64,000 bases of DNA from Thermodesulfobacteriota bacterium (GCA_965205855.1 OZ242184.1:544001-608000); one strand, 5' to 3'; shown: positions 24,901 to 39,900, counted from the first letter of the stretch. Notes: generated by a model not told the origin, from the sequence alone. Numbers and translations are program-made.

Positions 24901-27900
24901 CGCCAGGGTCGGCATCTACACCATCACCTACAGGGTGGCAGATACGGCGGGCAACGCTGCCACGCCGCTTATCCGCACAGTCGAGGTCGAGGACAGAACT
25001 GCCCCGGCTATCACCCTGTTAGGCGAGGCCGAGATAACCATAGCGGCGGATACTGCCTATACTGATGCCGGTGCGACGGCCATGGACAATGCTGACGGGG
25101 ATATTAGCAGCGATATCAGGACGGCCATAGTCTACGATAACAACACAGCCGACACCGGCGACGACGAGACGGTCACTGCGGTAGATACCGCCAGGGTCGG
25201 CGTCTACACCATCACCTACAACGTGGAAGATGCGGCGGGCAACGTTGCCACGGCGGCCAGCCGCAGGGTCACTGTCGAGGACAGAACCGCCCCGGTCATT
25301 GACCGGAACGGCCCTTATAGGGTATCCATCGGACAGGGCGAGACCTATACGGACGCCGGTGCGACGGCCACGGACAATATTGACGGGGATATTAGCGGCC
25401 AGATCACAGTGAGCATTACCGATAGCAGTGGCACCACGATTACTGCGGTAGATACCGGCAGGGTTGGCGTCTACAACATCACCTACAACGTGACAGATAC
25501 GGCGGGCAATGCTGCTGCGCCAAGGCGCAGGAGGGTTACTGTCACCGCGGACGTAACGCCCCCGGTTATCACCCTGGTCGGCGCTTCTGTGGTATCCATC
25601 GACCAGGGCGGCACCTATACCGACGCCGGTGCGACGGCCACGGACGCTGTTGACGGGGATATTAGCGGCCAGATCACAGTGAGCATAGTCTACAATAACA
25701 ACACCGGCGACGACGAGACGGACGACGAGACGGTTAATGCGGTCAATACCAGCAGGGTTGGCGTCTACACCATCACCTACAGGGTGACAGATGATGCGGG
25801 CAATGATGCCACGGCGGTCGAGCGCACAGTCGAGGTCGAGGACGTAACGCCCCCGGTTCTCAGCCGGCTCGGCGCTTTTAGTGTATCAATCGAGCAGGGC
25901 GCCACCTATGCGGACGCCGGTGCGGCGGCCACGGACAATGTTGACGGTGATATTGGCGACCGGGTCAGACCGAGCTTTGTCTACAATAACAACACCCCCG
26001 ACCCCGGCGACGACATAAGGGTCAATGCGGTAGATACCAGCAGGGTCGGCGTCTACACCATCACCTACAACGTGACAGATGCGGCGGGCAACGCTGCCAC
26101 GCCGGTTGAGCGCAGGGTCACTGTCGAGGAAGGAACTGCCCCGGTTATCACTCTGCTCGGCGATTCTACGGTATCCATCGACCAGTTCGCCACCTATACG
26201 GACGCTGGTGCGACAGCCACGGACGCTGCTGAGGGGAATATTACCAACCGGATCAGAACGACCATCGTCTACAACAACACCGCTGGCACCGGCGACGACG
26301 AGACGGTTAATGCGGTCGATACCCTCAGGGTCGGCGTCTACACCATCACCTACAATGTGGCAGATGCGGCGGGCAATGATGCCACGGCGGTCAGCCGCAC
26401 AGTCACTGTCGCGGACAGAACGGCCCCGGTTATCAACCTGGGCGACCCTGCCAGGGTATCCATCGCAGTGGGAGCGGACTACATTGAACAGGCGACAGCA
26501 TCGGACGATACTGACGGGGATATTACCAGCGCGATCACAGCGACTATCGTCTACAACAACAACACCGCCGACACCGGCGACGACGAGACGGTTAATATGG
26601 TGGATACCAGCAGGCTAGGCATCTACACCATCACCTACAGGGTGGCAGATGTGGCGGGCAACGATACGGCGGTCGAGCGCAGGGTTACTGTCGAGGATCA
26701 AACTGCCCCGGCTATCACCCTGGTCGGCGATTCTGCGGTATCCATCGGGCAGGGCGGCACCTATACGGACGCCGGTGCGACAGCCACGGACAATATTGAC
26801 GGGAATATTACCAACCGGGTCAGCATGAGAATTACCGACAGCAGCGGCACCGTGATTGCTGCGGTCAATACCCGCACGACTGGCGTCTACACCATCACCT
26901 ACAGAGCGATAGATGCGGCGGGCAACCAGGCCGAGATAACCAGAACAGTCACCGTCAGCCCGGACGGAACTGTCCCGGTTATCAGCCTGTTAGGCGATGC
27001 CGAGATAACCATAGCGGCGGATACTATCTATGCTGATGCCGGTGCGACAGCCACGGACGCTGTTGACGGGGATATTAGCGGCCTGATAACAGCGAGCATC
27101 GTCTACAATAACAACACCGCCAACATCGGCGACGACGAGACGGTCACTGCAGTCGATACCAGCAGGGTCGGCACCTACACCATCACCTACAACGTGTCAG
27201 ATGCGGCGGGCAACGCTGCCACAGCGGTCAGCCGCAGGGTCACTGTCGAGGACAGAACCGCCCCGGTAATTAGCCGGAACGGCCCTTATAGGGTATCCAT
27301 CGGGCAGGGCGAGACCTATACGGACGCCGGTGCGACGGCCACGGACAATATTGACGGGAACGGGACTATTACCGCTGTGATCACAACGACCATTGTCTAC
27401 AATAACAACACCTCCGGCACTGGCGACGACAGGACGGTCACTGCGGTAGATACCGGCAGTGTTGGCGTCTACAACATCACCTACAACGTGACAGACGCGG
27501 CGGGCAATGCTGCCGCGCCAAGGCGCAGGAGGGTTACTGTCGTCGCGGACGGGACTGCTCCGGTTATTAGCCTGCTCGGTCTTGCTACGGTATCCATCGT
27601 GCAGGGTGCTGACTATGCTGATGCCGGTGCGAGGGCCACGGACGATATTGACGGTGATATTACCGCCCTGATCACAGCGACCATTACCGACAGCAGTGGC
27701 GCCGTGATTGCTGCGGTAGATACTGGCACGCCCGGCGTCTACACCATTACCTACAGGGTGTCAGATGTGGCGGGCAACGAAGCCACGGCGGTCATTCGAA
27801 CCCTCAACGTCACCCTGGATGAGACGGCTCCGACCCTCAGTGTGATCGGTTCGGATAGAACCGTCCGGCTGGGTGGTGACTATACGGACGCCGGTGCCAT

Positions 27901-30900
27901 TGCGTTTGACAATGGCGTGAATGTTAGGGATCAGATAGAGACGACCATTACCGACAGCATCGGCACCGTGATTGCTGCGGTGGATACCGGCACGCCCGGC
28001 GTCTACACCATCACCTACAGGGTGAGAGATGTGGCGGGCAACGAAGCCGAGGTCTTCAGAATGGTCACCGTGAGCGGCGGCCCAATCATCACTGACAGCC
28101 GGGGCCAGACCCCGACCCCGACCGAGGGTCAGAGACTGGAAGCAGCGACTGGCACCATTACCGACGCCAGGGGCAGCTTCAGTTATCAATGGACTGCCAA
28201 TAGAGTGGCTATCAGCGGCGCGGACAGGGCGCGCTACACCCCGACCCAGGCCGAGGTGGGCAAGATGATAAGGGTTATTGTGTCCTACACTGATACGCAG
28301 AGTGCTAACCGGCGCCTGACCAGCATTCCCGTCGGGCCGGTAGTCAATGTCAATGACGCGCCCACCGGAGTACCGATCATTGCCGGCATCCCGACCCAAG
28401 GTCGGACCCTGACGGCGGATACCTCGGGCATTGAAGATGAAGATGGTCTGAATAGAGCGGTTTTCACCTATCAATGGAATACGCGTGTCGGTGGCACGGA
28501 CACGGCAATTGATGGAGCCACCGCCAGTACCTACACCCTGAGCCAGTCCGAGGTGGGCGAGAGAATCACCCTGAGCGTCGGCTACACCGATGATGAAAAC
28601 ATGGACGAGGGTCCTCTGACCAGCGTTTCCGTCGGGCCGGTGTCCAATGCCAATGTTCGTCCCACCGGCGAGGTGACCATTGATGGCACCCCGACCGAGG
28701 GTGAGACTCTGACGGCGAATACCGATGCCATTGAAGATGAGGATGGTCTGAGTAGAGCGGTTTTCACCTATCAATGGAATACGCGTGTCGGTGGCACGGA
28801 CACGGCAATTGATGGAGCCACCGCCAGTACCTACACCCTGAGCCAGTCCGAAGTGGGCGAGAGAATCACCCTGAGCGTCGGCTACACCGATGATGAAAAC
28901 ATGGACGAGGGGCCTCTGACCAGCGTTTCCGTCGGGCCGGTGTCCAATGTTAATGACGCGCCCACCACCAGCGGTCTGGCGGTTACGACAGACGAGGATA
29001 TCGCCTATACCTTTGGGTTGGCCGACTTTTCCTTTACCGATGTCGACACTGGCGATAGTCTGGAGCAAGTGCGCATCGATACCCTGCCCGACGCTGGTAT
29101 CGGCAGCCTGTCCCTGAGCGGCACAGCGGTGACCGCGATGCAAGAGATTGCGGTTGGGGATATTACGAATCTGGTCTATACCCCGGTGGCCAATGTCAAC
29201 GGCGCTGCGACCTTCACCTTCAGCGTCTCCGACGGCACTGCCTTCAGTGCGTCCGCCACGGCAACCGTGACCGTTACCGCGGTCAATGACCCGCCCACTG
29301 GCAGTGTAATCATCACCGGCACGGCGACCGAGGGCCAGACCCTGACGGCGAACACCGATGGCATCAGCGATGCCGATGGCCCTGATACCCTGACATTCAG
29401 CTATCAATGGCTATCGGGTTTCAGTCCGATAGCCGGCGCGAACGGAAGCACCTACATCCTGACCCCGGCCGATGTGGGCCAGTTTATCAGCGTGTCCGTC
29501 CGCTATACCGATGCTAATAACATGACCCATAGTGTGAGTAGTGCTCCCTTCGGGCCGGTGATCGTGGCGGGCACGGTGACGGTTTCCATTGCGCCCCCCG
29601 GCGCCGCAGTCGATGAGGGCGATCCCGCGACCTTCACCGTGACCCTGTCGGGTTCTCCCACGGATGAAGTGGTGGTGAACTATGCCACCTCGCCCGACAC
29701 GGCGGTGGCGGCTGATTTCACCGATACCAGTGGCACGCTGACCTTCGCCGCGAACGCGAGCGGGGCCGCCCTGAGCCAGGATATCAGCGTACCGACGACG
29801 GACGATAGCGAGACCGAGGGCGATGAGACCTTCACCCTGACCCTGAGCGCGAACACTGCCAGCCCACTACCGGCAGGTGTCACTCTGGACACGACCACGG
29901 CCCAGGCGACCATCGCAGCCAACGATGCACCGGTCAACAGCCCGCCCACCACCAGCGATCTGACGGTCACCACAAACGAGGATACCGACTATACCTTTGC
30001 GGCGGCTAACTTCAACTTTAACGATGCCGACACTGGCGATATGCTGGAGCAAGTGCGCATAGATAGCCTGCCCGGTACCGGCACCCTGACCCTGAACAAC
30101 ACAGCGGTGACCGCGATGCAAGAGATTGCGGTTGGGGATATTGCGAATCTGGTCTATACCCCGGTGGCCAATGTCAACGGCGCTGCGACCTTCACCTTCA
30201 GCGTCTCCGACGGCACTGTCTTTAGTACCCCGCCCGCCACGGCAACCATCACCATTAACTCGGTCAATGATGATCCTGATGGCGAAGTGACTATCAGCGG
30301 CATTCCCCGGGTGGGGGAGACCCTGACGGCAAACACCTCTGGCATTACCGATGCCGATGGCCCTACGAGCCTGACTTTCACCTATCAATGGCTTGCGAAC
30401 GACGGAACCACGAACGAGGAGATCAACGGCGCGACCTCCGAAACCTACCTCCTGACCGCGGACGAAATGGGCGAGACGATCACTGTGTCCGTGCGCTATA
30501 CCGATGCTGGTAACACGCCGGAAAGCCTGACCAGCGCGCCCACGGAGGCGGTGGTGGCGCCGGGCAACATCCCGGCGACGGGAGAACCGACCATCAGCGG
30601 CATTCTCCAGGTGGGCCAGACCCTGACAGCGGACACCTCTGCAATTACCGATGCCAATGGGCCTACCGCACCCGCCTTCAGCTACCAATGGCAGGCGGAC
30701 GGCCAGGATATTGCCGGCGCGACCGCCATCACCTATATCCCGACTGCGGACGATGTCGGTGATATGATCACCGTGACGGCCATCTTCACCGATGACGGGG
30801 GAACGCGTGAAGAACGGACCAGTGCCCCCACGGCGGCGATCCAGACCAATACCCGCCCCACCGCCAATGCCGGTTCAGGTTCGACAGGGGCCAAAGGTAG

Positions 30901-33900
30901 CCTCATCACGCTCAATGGCTCTGGCAGTAACGACCCCGACGGCGATAATGCAAATCTGACGTATCTATGGACGCAGCAGCCTGGCAGCACCCCGGTGACT
31001 TTAAGCGATCCGACAGCACAGCAACCGACGTTCACCATTCCAACCGTAATAGAGCGCGGTTTTACTTTTGTTTTCAGTCTGGTCGTTAGCGACGGGGCGC
31101 TCTCGTCCACCAACAGGGCTGAAGTCACCATCTTTACCCGACCGATATTTCGGTTCCCCACGACCCTTGTTGATCAGACCTATGTGGTGGGCAACCAAAT
31201 TGCTGATCTGGCTTTGCCCACGGCACTGGATATTGTAGGCACTCCCAATATCTATATGCTGAGTCCCCTGCCGCCTGGACTGACCTTTAATACTACTAAC
31301 CGCACACTGTCTGGTACGCCGACCCAGGCTGGAACCTTTGACCTGACCTACGTCGCGACGAGTAGCTTTGGCACGGATTCACGCAACTTTAGCATTGCGG
31401 TGATTAACCTCCCGACCATCACTGGCACTCCGACCGAGGGTGAGGAGCTAACGGCAGACGCCTCTGCAATTATCGCGGCCAACGGGCTTGACGAATCCGA
31501 CATCAGCTACCAATGGCAGGCGGATGGCGTAGATATTGCCAACGCGACCTCCATCACCTACACCCTGAGCACGGACGATATCGGTAAGAGGATCACCGTG
31601 ACGGCCAGCTTCACCGTTGGCTCAACGAGTGAAGAACGAACCAGCGCACCCACGGCGTTGGTGGCGGTGGCGGGCAACATCCCGGCGACGGGAGAACCGA
31701 CCATCAGCGGCATTCTCCAGGTGGGCCAGACCCTGACAGCGGACACCTCTGGAATTACCGATGCCAATGGGCCTGCCGCACCCGCCTTCAGCTACCAATG
31801 GCAGGCGGACGGCCAGGATATTGCCGGCGCGACCGCCATCACCTATATCCCGACTGCGGACGATGTCGGTGATATGATCACCGTGACGGCCATCTTCACC
31901 GATGACGGGGGAACGCGTGAAGAACGGACCAGTGCCCCCACGGCGGTGATCCAGACCAATACCCGCCCCACCGCCAATGCCGGTTCAGGTTCGACAGCGG
32001 ACAAAGGTAGCCTCATCACGCTCGATGGCTCTGGCAGTAACGACCCCGACGGCGATAATGCAAATCTGACGTATCTATGGACGCAGGTGCCGCTGGATAA
32101 CGGCGGCGGCATCCCGGTGACTTTAAGCGATCCGACAGCACAGCAGCCGACGTTCACCATTCCAACCATAATTGCTCGCGAATTTACTTTTCGTTTCGAT
32201 TTGGTCGTTAGCGACGGAGCGCTCTCGTCCACCAACACCGCCAGAGTCGAAATTTTTACCCGACCGAGATTTGGGTACCCCGAGACCCTTGTTGATCAGA
32301 CCTATGTGGTGGGCAACCAAATTGCTGATCTGGCTTTGCCCACGGCACTGGATATTGTAGGCACTCCCAATACCTATATGCTGAGTCCCCTGCCGCCTGG
32401 ACTGTCCTTTAATACTATTAACCGCACACTGTCTGGTACGCCGACCCAGGCTGGAACCTTTGACCTGACCTACGTCGCGACGAGTAGCATTGGCACGGAT
32501 TCACGCAGCTTTAGCATTGCGGTGGTTGACCCCGTGACGGTTTCCATTGCACCCCCTGGCGCCGCAGTCGATGAAGGCGACCCCGCCACCTTCACCGTGA
32601 CCCTGTCGGGTTCTCCCACGGATGAAGTGGTGGTGGACTATGCCACCTCAATCGCGATGGACGACACGGCGGTGGCGGCTGATTTCACAGAAACCACCGG
32701 CACGCTGACCTTTGCCGCGAACGCGAGCGGGGCCGACCTGAGCCAGGAAATCAGCGTACCGACGACGGACGATAGCGAGACCGAGGGCGATGAGACCTTC
32801 ACCCTGACCCTGAGTGCGAACACCAACAGCCCACTACCGGCAGGTGTCACTCTGGACACGACCACGGCCCAGGCGACCATCGCAGCCAGCGATGCGCCGG
32901 TCAACAACCCGCCCACCACCAGCGCGTTCACGGTCACCACAAACGAGGATACCGACTATACCTTTGCGGCGTCCGACTTCCCCTTTACCGATACCGACAT
33001 GGGCGATATGCTGGAAGAAGTGCGCATCGATAGCCTGCCCGACAGCGCCGACGGCAGCCTGACCCTGAGCGGCGCAGCGGTCACCGCGATGGACGTGATT
33101 CCCGTTGCGAATATCCCAACTCTGGTCTATACCCCAGTGGCCAATGTCAACGGCGATGCGACCTTCACCTTCAGCGTCTCCGACGGCACTGCCTTTAGTG
33201 CCACGGCCACGGCAACCGTGACCGTAAACGCGGTCAATGACCTCACCACTGGCCAACCCGTCATCATCGGCGACTTGATCCAGGGCGCAACCCTGACGGT
33301 GGATACCTCCGCCATAATGGATGAGGATGGGCTGGGCACCTTTACCTATGGCTGGTTCCATGATGGTCTTCCGCCAGCCGTCTCGACCGAGGCAAGCTAC
33401 GCCCTGACCCAGGCCGATGTGGGCACTCTCCTGTTCCTGGAGGTCTTCCATACCGATGCGCAGGGCACCAGCCAGCAACTATCTACAGTCTTCACAGGCC
33501 TACCAGATTTCATCCGCATCGCCAACATCAACGACCTGCCCACCGGCCTGGCCATCAGCGGCGGGCTGGTGGTGGGCCAGACCCTCAGGGCGGATACCTC
33601 CACGCTGGTGGATATTGATGGCCTGCCGGATGAGTCCGATTTCACCTATCAATGGCTTGCGGATGGCCTGGCTATCGCCGGCGCCATGGGGCCGGAATAC
33701 GAACTGGCCGCGGCCCAGATAGGCGCTCAGATCAGCCTGAACCTGCGCTACACCGATAATTTTAACGCGAATGAGTCCATCACCAGCCCGGCGCGTGGCC
33801 CGGTGCGGGGGAGCGGCGTCAACACCCCGCCCACCACCAGCGGGCTGACGGCCAGCACGCCTGAGGATATGGCCTATACCTTTGCGGCGGATGATTTCAA

Positions 33901-36900
33901 TTTCGTCGACGTGGACACGGGCGATAGCCTGCAACAGGTGCGCATCGATAGCCTGCCCGACAGCGCCGACGGCAGCCTGGCGCTGAGCGGTACGCTGGTC
34001 ACCGCGATGGACGTGATTGCCGTTGCCGATATTCCGAACTTGATCTATACCCCGGTGACCAATGTCAACGGCGATGCGACCTTCACCTTCAGCGTCTCCG
34101 ACGGCACTGCCTTTAGTGCCACGCCCGCCACGGCAACCGTCAGCGTTACCGCAGTTAATGACGCGCCCACCATCACTGGCACCCCCGCCACAATGGTGAT
34201 GCAAGGGGTGGCCTATAGCTTTATGCCGGACGGCGCAGATGTCGATACTGGCGACACGCTGGTATATGCCATCACCAATATGCCAAGCTGGGCCAATTTC
34301 GATGCCGCGACCGGGGCCTTGACCGGCACGCCACAGAGCACCGATGTCGGTACCACCACGGGCATTATCATCAGCGTCACCGATAACAATATCGCCGCGC
34401 CAGTAGAACTGCCCGCCTTCGACATCGAAGTCACCGCCACCCCCAACAGCCCGCCCACCACCAGCGACCTGATGGTCATGACAGACGAGGATACCGACTA
34501 TACCTTTGCGGCGTCCGACTTCCCCTTTACCGATACCGACATGGACGATAGTCTGGAAGAGGTGCGCATCGATAGCCTGCCCGACAGCGGTAGCCTGACC
34601 CTAGGCGGCACAGAGGTTAACGAGGGGCAAGCGATTGCCGTTGCCGATATCCCGACTCTGGTCTATACCCCGGTGACCAATGTCAACGGCGATGCGACCT
34701 TCACCTTCAGCGTCTCCGACGGCACTGCCTTTAGTGCCACGCCCGCCACGGCAACCGTCAGCGTTACCGCAGTTAATGACGCGCCCACCATCACTGGCAC
34801 CCCCGCCACAATGGTGATGCAAGGGGTGGCCTATAGCTTTATGCCGGACGGCGCAGATGTCGATACTGGCGACACGCTGGTATATGCCATCACCAATATG
34901 CCAAGCTGGGCCAATTTCGATGCCGCGACCGGGGCCTTGACCGGCACGCCACAGAGCACCGATGTCGGTACCACCACGGGCATTATCATCAGCGTCACCG
35001 ATAACAATATCGCCGCGCCAGTAGAACTGCCCGCCTTCGACATCGAAGTCACCGCCACCCCCAACAGCCCGCCCACCACTGGCGATCTGATGGTCATGAC
35101 AGACGAGGATACCGACTATACCTTTGCGTCGGCCAACTTCCCCTTTGCCGATACCGACGGCGATACCCTGGCAGCGGTGCGCATCGATAGCCTGCCCGAC
35201 AGCGCCGACGGCAGCCTGGCGCTGAGCGGTACGCTGGTCACCGCGATGGACGTGATTGCCGTTGCCGATATTCCGAACTTGATCTATACCCCGGTGACCA
35301 ATGTCAACGGCGATGCGACCTTCACCTTCAGCGTCTCCGACGGCACTGCCTTTAGTACCCCCCCCGCCACGGCAACCGTGAGCGTTACCGCGGTTAATGA
35401 CGCGCCCACCATCACTGGCACCCCCGCCACAATGGTGATGCAAGGGGTGGCCTATAGCTTTATGCCGGACGGCGCAGATGTCGATACTGGCGACACGCTG
35501 GTATATGCCATCACCAATATGCCAAGCTGGGCCAATTTCGATGCCGCGACTGGGGCCTTGACCGGCACGCCCGCCAACGCCGATGTCGGTAACTACGAGG
35601 ACATCGTGATCAGCGTCACCGATGGCATCATCGCCACACCGGTCGCGCTGCCCGCCTTCGATATCGCCGTCACCAACACCAATGACGCGCCCACCATCAG
35701 CGGCACGCCCGCCACAACCGTGGCCGAAGACAGCGCCTATAGCTTCACGCCAACCGGTGCCGACGATGATGGCGACACGCTGACCTATGCCATTACAAAC
35801 ATGCCGTCATGGGCCAGTTTCAGCACCGCAACCGGGGCCTTGACCGGCACCCCCGCCAACGCCGATGTCGGCGACTACGAGGACATCGTGATCAGCGTCA
35901 CCGATGGCATCATCGCCACACCGGTCGGCCTCGCATCCTTCGATATCGCCGTCACCAACACCAATGACGCGCCCACCCTCAGCGGCACGCCCGCCACCAG
36001 CGTGGCCGAAGACAGCGCTTATAGCTTCACGCCAACCGGTGCCGACGATGATGGCGACACGCTGACCTATGCCATTACAAACCTGCCGTCATGGGCCAGC
36101 TTCAGCACCACAACCGGGGCCTTGACCGGCACGCCCGTCAACGCCGATGTCGGCGACCACGAGGACATCGTGATCAGCGTCACCGATGGCATCATCGCCA
36201 CGCCAGTAGCGCTGCCGGCCTTTGCTATCGAGGTCACCAACACCAATGACGCGCCCACCCTCAGCGGCACGCCCGCCACCAGCGTGGCCGAAGACAGCGC
36301 CTATAGCTTCACGCCAACCGCTGAAGATGCGGATGGCGACAGGCTGACCTGGGCGATCACAAACATGCCTTTATGGGCCAGTTTCGACACCACAACCGGG
36401 GCCTTGACCGGCACGCCCGCCAACGAGCATGTCGGCGACTACGAGGACATCGTGATCAGCGTCACCGATAACAATATCGCCGCGCCAGTAGAACTGCCCG
36501 CTTCGACATCGAAGTCACCGCCACCCCCAACAGCCCGCCCACCACTGGCGATCTGATGGTCATGACAAACGAGGATAGCGACTATACCTTTGCGGTGGCC
36601 AACTTCCCCTTTACCGATGACGATAGCGGCGATACCCTGCAACAAGTGCGCATCGATAGCCTGCCCGACAGCGCGGATGGCGGCCTGGCGTTGAACGGTA
36701 CGCCGGTCACCGCGATGGACGTGATTGCCGTTGCCGATATTCCGACTCTGGTCTATACCCCGGTGACCAATGTCAACGGCGATGCGACCTTCACCTTCAG
36801 CGTCTCCGACGGCACTGACTTCAGTACCCCGCCCGCCACGGCAACCCTGACCGTTACTCCGGTCAATGACGCGCCCACCGCCCGTGCCGGTTCAGATCGG

Positions 36901-39900
36901 GATGTAGGGAGCAAAGGTAGCCTCATCACGCTTGATGGCTCTCGCAGTTCCGACCCGGATGCGAGCGACATGCTGACGTATCAATGGACGCAGCAGCCTG
37001 GCAGCGTCACGGTGACTTTAAGCGATCCGACAGCACCGCGGCCGACGTTCACCATTCCAACCGTAATAGAGAGCGGTTTTACTTTTGTTTTCAGTCTGGT
37101 CGTTAGCGACGGAGCGCTCTCGTCCACCAACACGGCTAGCATCACCGTCCGTACCAGACCGATATTTCAGTTCCCCACGACCCTTGATAATCAGACCTAT
37201 GTGGTGGGCAACCAAATTGATGATCTGACTTTGCCCACGGCACTGGATATTGTAGGCAATCCCAATACCTATGCGCTGAGTCCCCTGCCGCCTGGACTGT
37301 CCTTTAATACTACTAACCGCACACTGTCTGGTACGCCGACCCAGTCTGGAACCTTTGACCTGACCTACGTCGCGACGAGTAGCATTGGCACGGATTCACG
37401 CAGCTTTAGCATTGCGGTGGTTGACCCCGTGACGGTTTCCATTGCCCCCCCTGGCGCCGCAGTCGATGAAGGCGATCCCGCGACCTTCACCGTGACCCTG
37501 TCGGGTTCTCCCACGGATGAAGTGGTGGTGGACTATGCCACCTCGCCCGACACGGCGGTGGCGGCCGATTTCACCGATACCAACGGCACGCTGACCTTCG
37601 CGGCAGGTGCGACCGACCTGAGCCAGGAAATCAGCGTACCGACGGAGGACGATAGCGAGACCGAGGGGGTCGAGACCTTCACTCTGACCCTGAGCGAGCC
37701 CAGCGGGGGCTTCCCGACCGGGGTCACCCTGGACTCCTCGGCCACCAGCGCCCAGGCGACCATTGCAGCCAGCGATGCGCCGGTCAACAGCCCGCCCACC
37801 ACCAGCGATCTGACGGTCACCACAAACGAGGATACCGACTATACCTTTGCGGCGTCCGACTTTAACTTTACCGATGCCGACATGGGCGATAGCCTGGACG
37901 CGGTGCGCATAGATAGCCTGCCCGCCAGCGCCGACGGCAACCTGACCCTGAACAACACAGCGGTGATCGTGGCCCAAGAGATTGCCGTTGCGGATATTCC
38001 GAACCTGGTCTATACCCCGGTGGCCAATGTCAACGGCGATGCGACCTTCACCTTCAGCGTCTCCGACGGCACTGCCTTTAGTGCCACGCCCGCCACGGCA
38101 ACCGTCACCATTAACTCGGTCAATGATGATCCTAGTGGCGAGGTGACGATCAGCGGCACTCCCCAGGTGGGCCAGACCCTGACAGCGGACACCTCTGGAA
38201 TTACCGATGCCGATGGCCCTGCTACTCTGTCATTCACCTATCAATGGCTTGCGGGTAACACTCCTATCAGCAACTCGGACTCTGCAACCTACATGCTGAC
38301 CGGGGACGAATTAGGCGAGATGATCAGCGTGGACGTCAGCTACATGGATGCCGATGGCTTTGAGGGAGGTGTTGTCAGTGATCCCGTCGGACCGGTGGTG
38401 GCGGCAAGCACCCCGAATACCCCGCCGACCTCAAGCGATCTGGCGGTCACCATAGACGAGGATACCCCCCATACCTTTGCGGTGGCCGACTTCCCCTTTA
38501 GCGATGTCGACACCAGCGACAGCCTGCAACAGGTGAGCATCGATAGACTGCCTACAACCGGCAGCCTGACCCTCGGTGGCGCATCGGTTAGAGCGGGGCA
38601 AGAGATTACCGTTGCCAGTATTCCGAACCTGGTCTATACCCCGGTCGCAAATGCCAACGGCACGGACACCTTCACTTACAGAGTCTCTGACGGCACTGCC
38701 TTCAGTGCGGTAGCCACGGCAGCCCTGACCATCACCCCGGTCGATGATGACCCCGATGGCGAGGTGACAATCACCGGCACCCCGACCGAGGGCATGGAAC
38801 TCACGGCCGACACCACAGGCATAAGCGACCCTGACGGTCCCGGCACTTTGGGCTTCTCATATCAATGGCTCGCAAACGGAGTTGATATTAGCGGTGCTAC
38901 CTCTGCGACCTACACCCTTACACAGAGCGAGGTGGGACAGAACATCTCCGTTACCGTCACATACACCGATGATGGCAGCACCGACGAGACCCTGACCAGT
39001 GATACCGTCGGGCCGGTTTCCAACACCAATGACTCTCCCACCGGAGTACCTACCATCACCGGCACACCGACACAGGGCGCGGAACTCACCGCCGACACCA
39101 CAGGCATAAGCGACCCTGACGGCCCCAGCACTTTGGACTTCTCCTATCAATGGCTGGCAGACGGAGTTGATATTAGCGGTGCTACCTCTGCGACCTACAC
39201 CCTTACACAGAGCGAGGTGGGACAGAACATCTCCGTTACCGTCACATACACCGATGATGGCGGCACCAGCGAGACCCTGACCAGTGATACCGTCGGGCCG
39301 GTTTCCAACACCAATGACTCTCCCACCGGAGTACCTGTCATCACCGGCACACCGACACAGGGCGCGGAACTCACCGCCGACACCACAGGCATAAGCGACC
39401 CTGACGGTCCCGGCACTTTGGACTTCTCACATCAATGGCTCGCAGACGGAGTTGATATTAGCGGTGCTACCTCTGCGACCTACACCCTTACACAGAGCGA
39501 GGTGGGACAGAACATCTCCGTTACCGTCACATACACCGATGATGGCAGCACCGACGAGACCCTTACCAGTGATACCGTCGGGCCGGTTTCCAACACCAAT
39601 GACTCTCCCACCGGATTACCTGTCATTACCGGCATGGCGAACGAGGGAGAGGTACTGACGGCGGATGTCTCCGGTATTGAGGATATAGATGGTATTGATA
39701 CCGAGAGTTTGAGCTACCAATGGAATACCAACGATGGCACAGTGGACACGCCGATTAACAACGCGACCACCGAAACCTACACCCCGACCGAGGACGAGGT
39801 GGGCGAGTTTATCACGGTGACGGTCATCTTCACAGATGGCGGTGGCACGCGTGAAAGCCTTACAAGTGAGTCAACGATGGAGGTGACAGATATTGTCAGG

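Noticed and set aside
17171-36556. 6461-aa ORF, and the 1691-aa ORF at 36556, as independent genes
   Set aside because: Both start mid-module with no RBS or signal peptide; their boundaries coincide with identifiable frameshift lesions.
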